A stretch of 58,850 nt of DNA from Solirubrobacteraceae bacterium (GTDB lineage: Bacteria > Actinomycetota > Thermoleophilia > Solirubrobacterales > Solirubrobacteraceae): assembly GCA_036559185.1 (NCBI GenBank), contig DATBTP010000155.1, positions 1 through 58,850 on the forward strand. Reading direction: 5' to 3'. Both the position numbers and the translations under genes were made by a program. The notes under the pieces were generated by a model. It was not told where the DNA came from. It saw only the letters and a program-made list of their open reading frames with translations, and did not search any database. Position 1 is the first letter of the stretch, and each line of letters opens with the position of its first letter. This document shows positions 55,865 to 58,850 of the stretch, piece after piece.

Positions 55865-56214
55865 TGCCCCCTAAGCAGCAGCGGCCGAACATGCAGCAGA
55901 TGCTCAAGCAGGTGCAGAAGATGCAGCACGACATGGAGCTCGCCCAGCAGGCGCTCGCCGATGAGACCGTTGAGGCGTCCGCCGGCGGCGGGATGGTGAG
56001 GGTCACCGTCACCGGCGCGCTCGAGGTGAGGTCGGTGAAGATCGAGCCCGACGCGGTGGACCCCGAGGATGTGGAGATGCTCTGCGATCTCGTGCTTGCG
56101 GCTACCAACGAGGCCCTGCGCCGCGCACAGCGGCTTGCGGCTGACAAGATGGGCGCCGTCACGGGCGGCCTTGACCCCGGCGCGCTCGGCGGGCTGGGGT
56201 TGCCTGGGCTTTAG
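55864..56214 (+). CDS. ybaB: YbaB/EbfC nucleoid-associated protein
   Basis: NMQQMLKQVQKMQ, AGGGMV.V and DPEDVEML.DLV motifs; lies between dnaX and recR. Confidence 0.93.
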   Translation: MPPKQQRPNMQQMLKQVQKMQHDMELAQQALADETVEASAGGGMVRVTVTGALEVRSVKIEPDAVDPEDVEMLCDLVLAATNEALRRAQRLAADKMGAVTGGLDPGALGGLGLPGL

Positions 56215-56280
56215 AAGTATGTCGATCGTCATCGTGTCGGCGGGGAGCGTCGGCGAAGCTCGTCAGGAGAGCGCCCAACC

Positions 56281-56901
56281 TTGAGCTCGTTTGCCCCCCC
56301 CATCCAGCGCCTGGTCACTGAGCTCTCCAAGCTCCCCGGCGTGGGCAATCGCACGGCGCAACGGCTCGCCTTCCACGTATTGCGCGCCTCGCGTGAGGAC
56401 GCGCTCGGGCTTGCCGACGCGATCAAGGAAGTGAAGGAGAAGGTGGGGTTGTGCGAGGTGTGCTTCAACCTCGCCGACGAACCGCGCTGCCGCATCTGTC
56501 AGGACTCTCGTCGCGACGCGAGCCTCATCTGTGTCGTGGAGGAGCCATCCGATGTGATTCCGATGGAGCGCACGCACGAATATCACGGCCTCTACCACGT
56601 GCTCGGAGGGGCTTTGTCTCCGATCGACGGCATCGAGCCCGAGGATCTCAAGATCGCGGAGCTCTACGCGCGCGTCACGCCCGACGCGCGCGCCGACGCG
56701 CCTGTGCGCGAGGTGGTGTTGGCCACGAATCCGACAACCACCGGCGAGGCCACGGCGCTCCATATCGCCGACGAGCTGCGCGGTCGCGCCCCCGGAGTAT
56801 CTGTCACGCGTCTAGCCAGCGGCCTACCCGTGGGCGCCGATCTCGAGTACGCCGACGAGGTGACCTTGGGCAAGGCGCTCGCGGGACGACGGTCGCTGTA
56901 G
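56281..56901 (+). CDS. recR: Recombination mediator RecR
   Basis: LPGVG.RTAQRLA, C4 zinc finger, YHVLGG.LSP and GLPVG.DLEYAD motifs. Confidence 0.97.
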   Translation: MSSFAPPIQRLVTELSKLPGVGNRTAQRLAFHVLRASREDALGLADAIKEVKEKVGLCEVCFNLADEPRCRICQDSRRDASLICVVEEPSDVIPMERTHEYHGLYHVLGGALSPIDGIEPEDLKIAELYARVTPDARADAPVREVVLATNPTTTGEATALHIADELRGRAPGVSVTRLASGLPVGADLEYADEVTLGKALAGRRSL

Positions 56902-56910
56902 CCTCAGGTT

Positions 56911-58179
56911 GTGAGTGACATCCTCGTCATGAAGTTCGGCGGCACCTCCGTGGCCGACGCCGAGCGTATCAAGCGTGCCGCCAAGCGGATCGTCGAGAAG
57001 CGCGAGGCCGGCCATTCGGTCGTGGCTGTGCTCTCAGCGCGCGGGAAGACCACCGACGAGCTCATCTCGATGGCCGAGGAGGTCTCCGACTCCCCGGATG
57101 CGCGCGAGATGGACATGTTGCTGTCCACCGGCGAGCGCATCTCCTGCGCGTTGTGTGCGATGGCGATCAACGACCTGGGCCACCGCGCGATCTCACTGAC
57201 AGGGTCGCAGGCGGGGATCGTGACCGACGAGTCGCACACGAAGGCGCGCATCCTAGACGTGCGTGCCGACCGCGTGCGAGCGGCGCTCGCGCAGGACCAC
57301 ATCGTGCTCGTGGCGGGCTTCCAAGGGGTGTCCACCGCCGACGACGTCACCACGCTCGGCAGGGGTGGCTCGGACACAACCGCCGTCGCCGTGGCGGCCG
57401 CGCTCGGGGCGCGCGAATGCGAGATATACACCGACGTCCCCGGTGTCTTCACGGCTGACCCCCGCATCGTGCCCGACGCCCGCAAGCTCCCCACCGTGTC
57501 CTTCGAGGAGATGCTCGAGATGGCGGCCTCGGGAGCCGGGGTGTTGCAGCTTCGCTCGCTCGAGTATGCGCGCAACGAGAACGTCCGCATCCACTGTCGC
57601 TCCTCGTTCGACGACGCTCCCGGTACCGTTGTGCTCTCAGAGGGAGAAACCTTGGAGCAGCCACTCATCACAGCCGTCACCCATTCCACCGCCGAGGCTC
57701 GCGTCACGCTCATCGGTGTGCCCGACGAACCGGGTGCCGCGGCGCGCATCTTCGAGGCGCTCGCCGACGCCAACGTGAACGTGGACATGATCGACCAGAA
57801 CGTCCCCACCTCGGCGGGCGGCAAGGCTGAGATCTCCTTCACAGTGCCCCACGAAGACCTCAGGCTTGCCACCTCCGCCCTAGAGGTCATGGGAGACAGC
57901 GTCTGCGAGCGCATGGTCACCCAGCGCGAGATGGGCAAGGTGTCGATCGTGGGCGCCGGCATGCGCTCGCACCCCGGTGTCGCCGCCAAGGTCTTCAGCG
58001 TGCTGGCGGGCGAGGACATCAACATCGAGATGATCTCCACCTCCCCGATCAAGATCTCCTGCGTGATTGCGCGCGATCACGTCGAGGGCGCGGTGCGGGC
58101 GCTCCATTGCGCGTTCGAGCTCTCCGGTCCCGACACCATCGGCGTCGAGGAGCCGTTCAGGGCGCCTCAGGCTGGATAG
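56911..58179 (+). CDS. ask: Aspartate kinase
   Basis: KFGGTSV, LGRGGSD and YTDV.GV.TADP motifs; two ACT domains. Confidence 0.96.
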   Translation: MSDILVMKFGGTSVADAERIKRAAKRIVEKREAGHSVVAVLSARGKTTDELISMAEEVSDSPDAREMDMLLSTGERISCALCAMAINDLGHRAISLTGSQAGIVTDESHTKARILDVRADRVRAALAQDHIVLVAGFQGVSTADDVTTLGRGGSDTTAVAVAAALGARECEIYTDVPGVFTADPRIVPDARKLPTVSFEEMLEMAASGAGVLQLRSLEYARNENVRIHCRSSFDDAPGTVVLSEGETLEQPLITAVTHSTAEARVTLIGVPDEPGAAARIFEALADANVNVDMIDQNVPTSAGGKAEISFTVPHEDLRLATSALEVMGDSVCERMVTQREMGKVSIVGAGMRSHPGVAAKVFSVLAGEDINIEMISTSPIKISCVIARDHVEGAVRALHCAFELSGPDTIGVEEPFRAPQAG

Positions 58180-58185
58180 GGTTCT

Positions 58186-58848
58186 CTATCTGTCGCTCAG
58201 ACGCACCTTGACGGCGTAGCTTCTGCGTTCTGAGGTGTCGAACGCTTCGACGAACACCGCGGCGGTAACGCTGTGGCCGTGTGCCAAGCTCCTGCGTAGC
58301 GCCGCCATCGTCGCGGGCGGAAGCGATAGCTCCAAGCGGGCGGAAGCGTGCGCCTTGAGTGCCATCCACACGCCGCGCAAGCGGCGATGTCTGTGGTGCG
58401 AGAGCAAGCTCACGTGACCGTATGCGTGTACCGTACAAGCGACGTTGCAGCCGACCGTCACGTACACGCGACGGTGGTGAATGCGCATGTTCTGGCGTGG
58501 CGCCACTGAGGCGACCAGCTGCAGCGCTTGGTTGGCCGCACCCCCTTCAGGTTTGGAGCCAAGCGCCCCTTCTGGCGGCAGGCCCCCCGGCGGTATAGAT
58601 GCCGGCCCGGGGGCCGGGTGGGTTGGCAGGACGAGTGGGGGCAATGGCTGCTGGTTGAAGTCGAAGTCGTTTGTGAGGTTGCCCGACGCTGTGCTTGCTT
58701 CGCGCACATCCGGGCGCGGGTCGGGGCGACCGTCGGTAGCCGGATTGAGTCGTCGCCCGCCTAGGAAGTCGTCCTCGATGAACTTCAGATACGCGTCATG
58801 GCTGAGCTGTTGGTGGTCTATATATCCGGCCCTCGCATACGGGCTGAT
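58186..58848 (-). CDS. Phosphoesterase/phospholipase C family protein, C-terminal part (runs off the right edge)
   Basis: The frame is open to the window edge: ISPYARAGYIDHQQLSHDAYLKFIEDDFLGG...NDFDF, then a Pro-rich linker and a beta domain. Confidence 0.75.
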   Translation of the reverse strand: MSPYARAGYIDHQQLSHDAYLKFIEDDFLGGRRLNPATDGRPDPRPDVREASTASGNLTNDFDFNQQPLPPLVLPTHPAPGPASIPPGGLPPEGALGSKPEGGAANQALQLVASVAPRQNMRIHHRRVYVTVGCNVACTVHAYGHVSLLSHHRHRRLRGVWMALKAHASARLELSLPPATMAALRRSLAHGHSVTAAVFVEAFDTSERRSYAVKVRLSDR

Positions 58849-58850
58849 GA

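Noticed and set aside
56902-56910. Lysine riboswitch before aspartate kinase
   Set aside because: Only 9 bp separate recR and ask.

Overview
High-GC bacterial chromosome segment, most likely Actinomycetota of the Thermoleophilia/Solirubrobacterales type (inferred from gene content and apparently leaderless genes; not verified). Left 14 kb: a surface-polysaccharide cluster with two O-antigen-ligase/Wzy-like membrane proteins, a tandem double glycosyltransferase, a GT4, a deacetylase and three secreted clan GH-A glycoside hydrolases. Two of the hydrolases are paralogs, each preceded by its own c-di-GMP-I (GEMM) riboswitch whose P1 helix appears to overlap the Shine-Dalgarno site. Next come an S8 protease, tadA and tRNA-Ser(CGA). 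About 36 kb of accessory-looking genes follow: an AtaT/TacT-like GNAT with a convergent small acidic ORF, a collagen-like protein, GtrA/GtrB, GH76, a GGDEF+HD-GYP protein, an MFS, two MMPL transporters, two SigG-like promoters, a reductase-WS/DGAT-desaturase wax-ester operon, a GGDEF-HD-GYP-GGDEF-EAL protein, TetR genes, and a patch of gene remnants including an IS110 tail. The right end is housekeeping: tRNA-Val(CAC), an FKBP, a large Alu-type SRP RNA, dnaX-ybaB-recR-ask and a truncated phosphoesterase. The best candidate for an undescribed system is the riboswitch-gated pair of polysaccharide hydrolases inside a polysaccharide locus, in a neighbourhood rich in c-di-GMP enzymes. All family calls come from motif recognition by eye, with no database searches.
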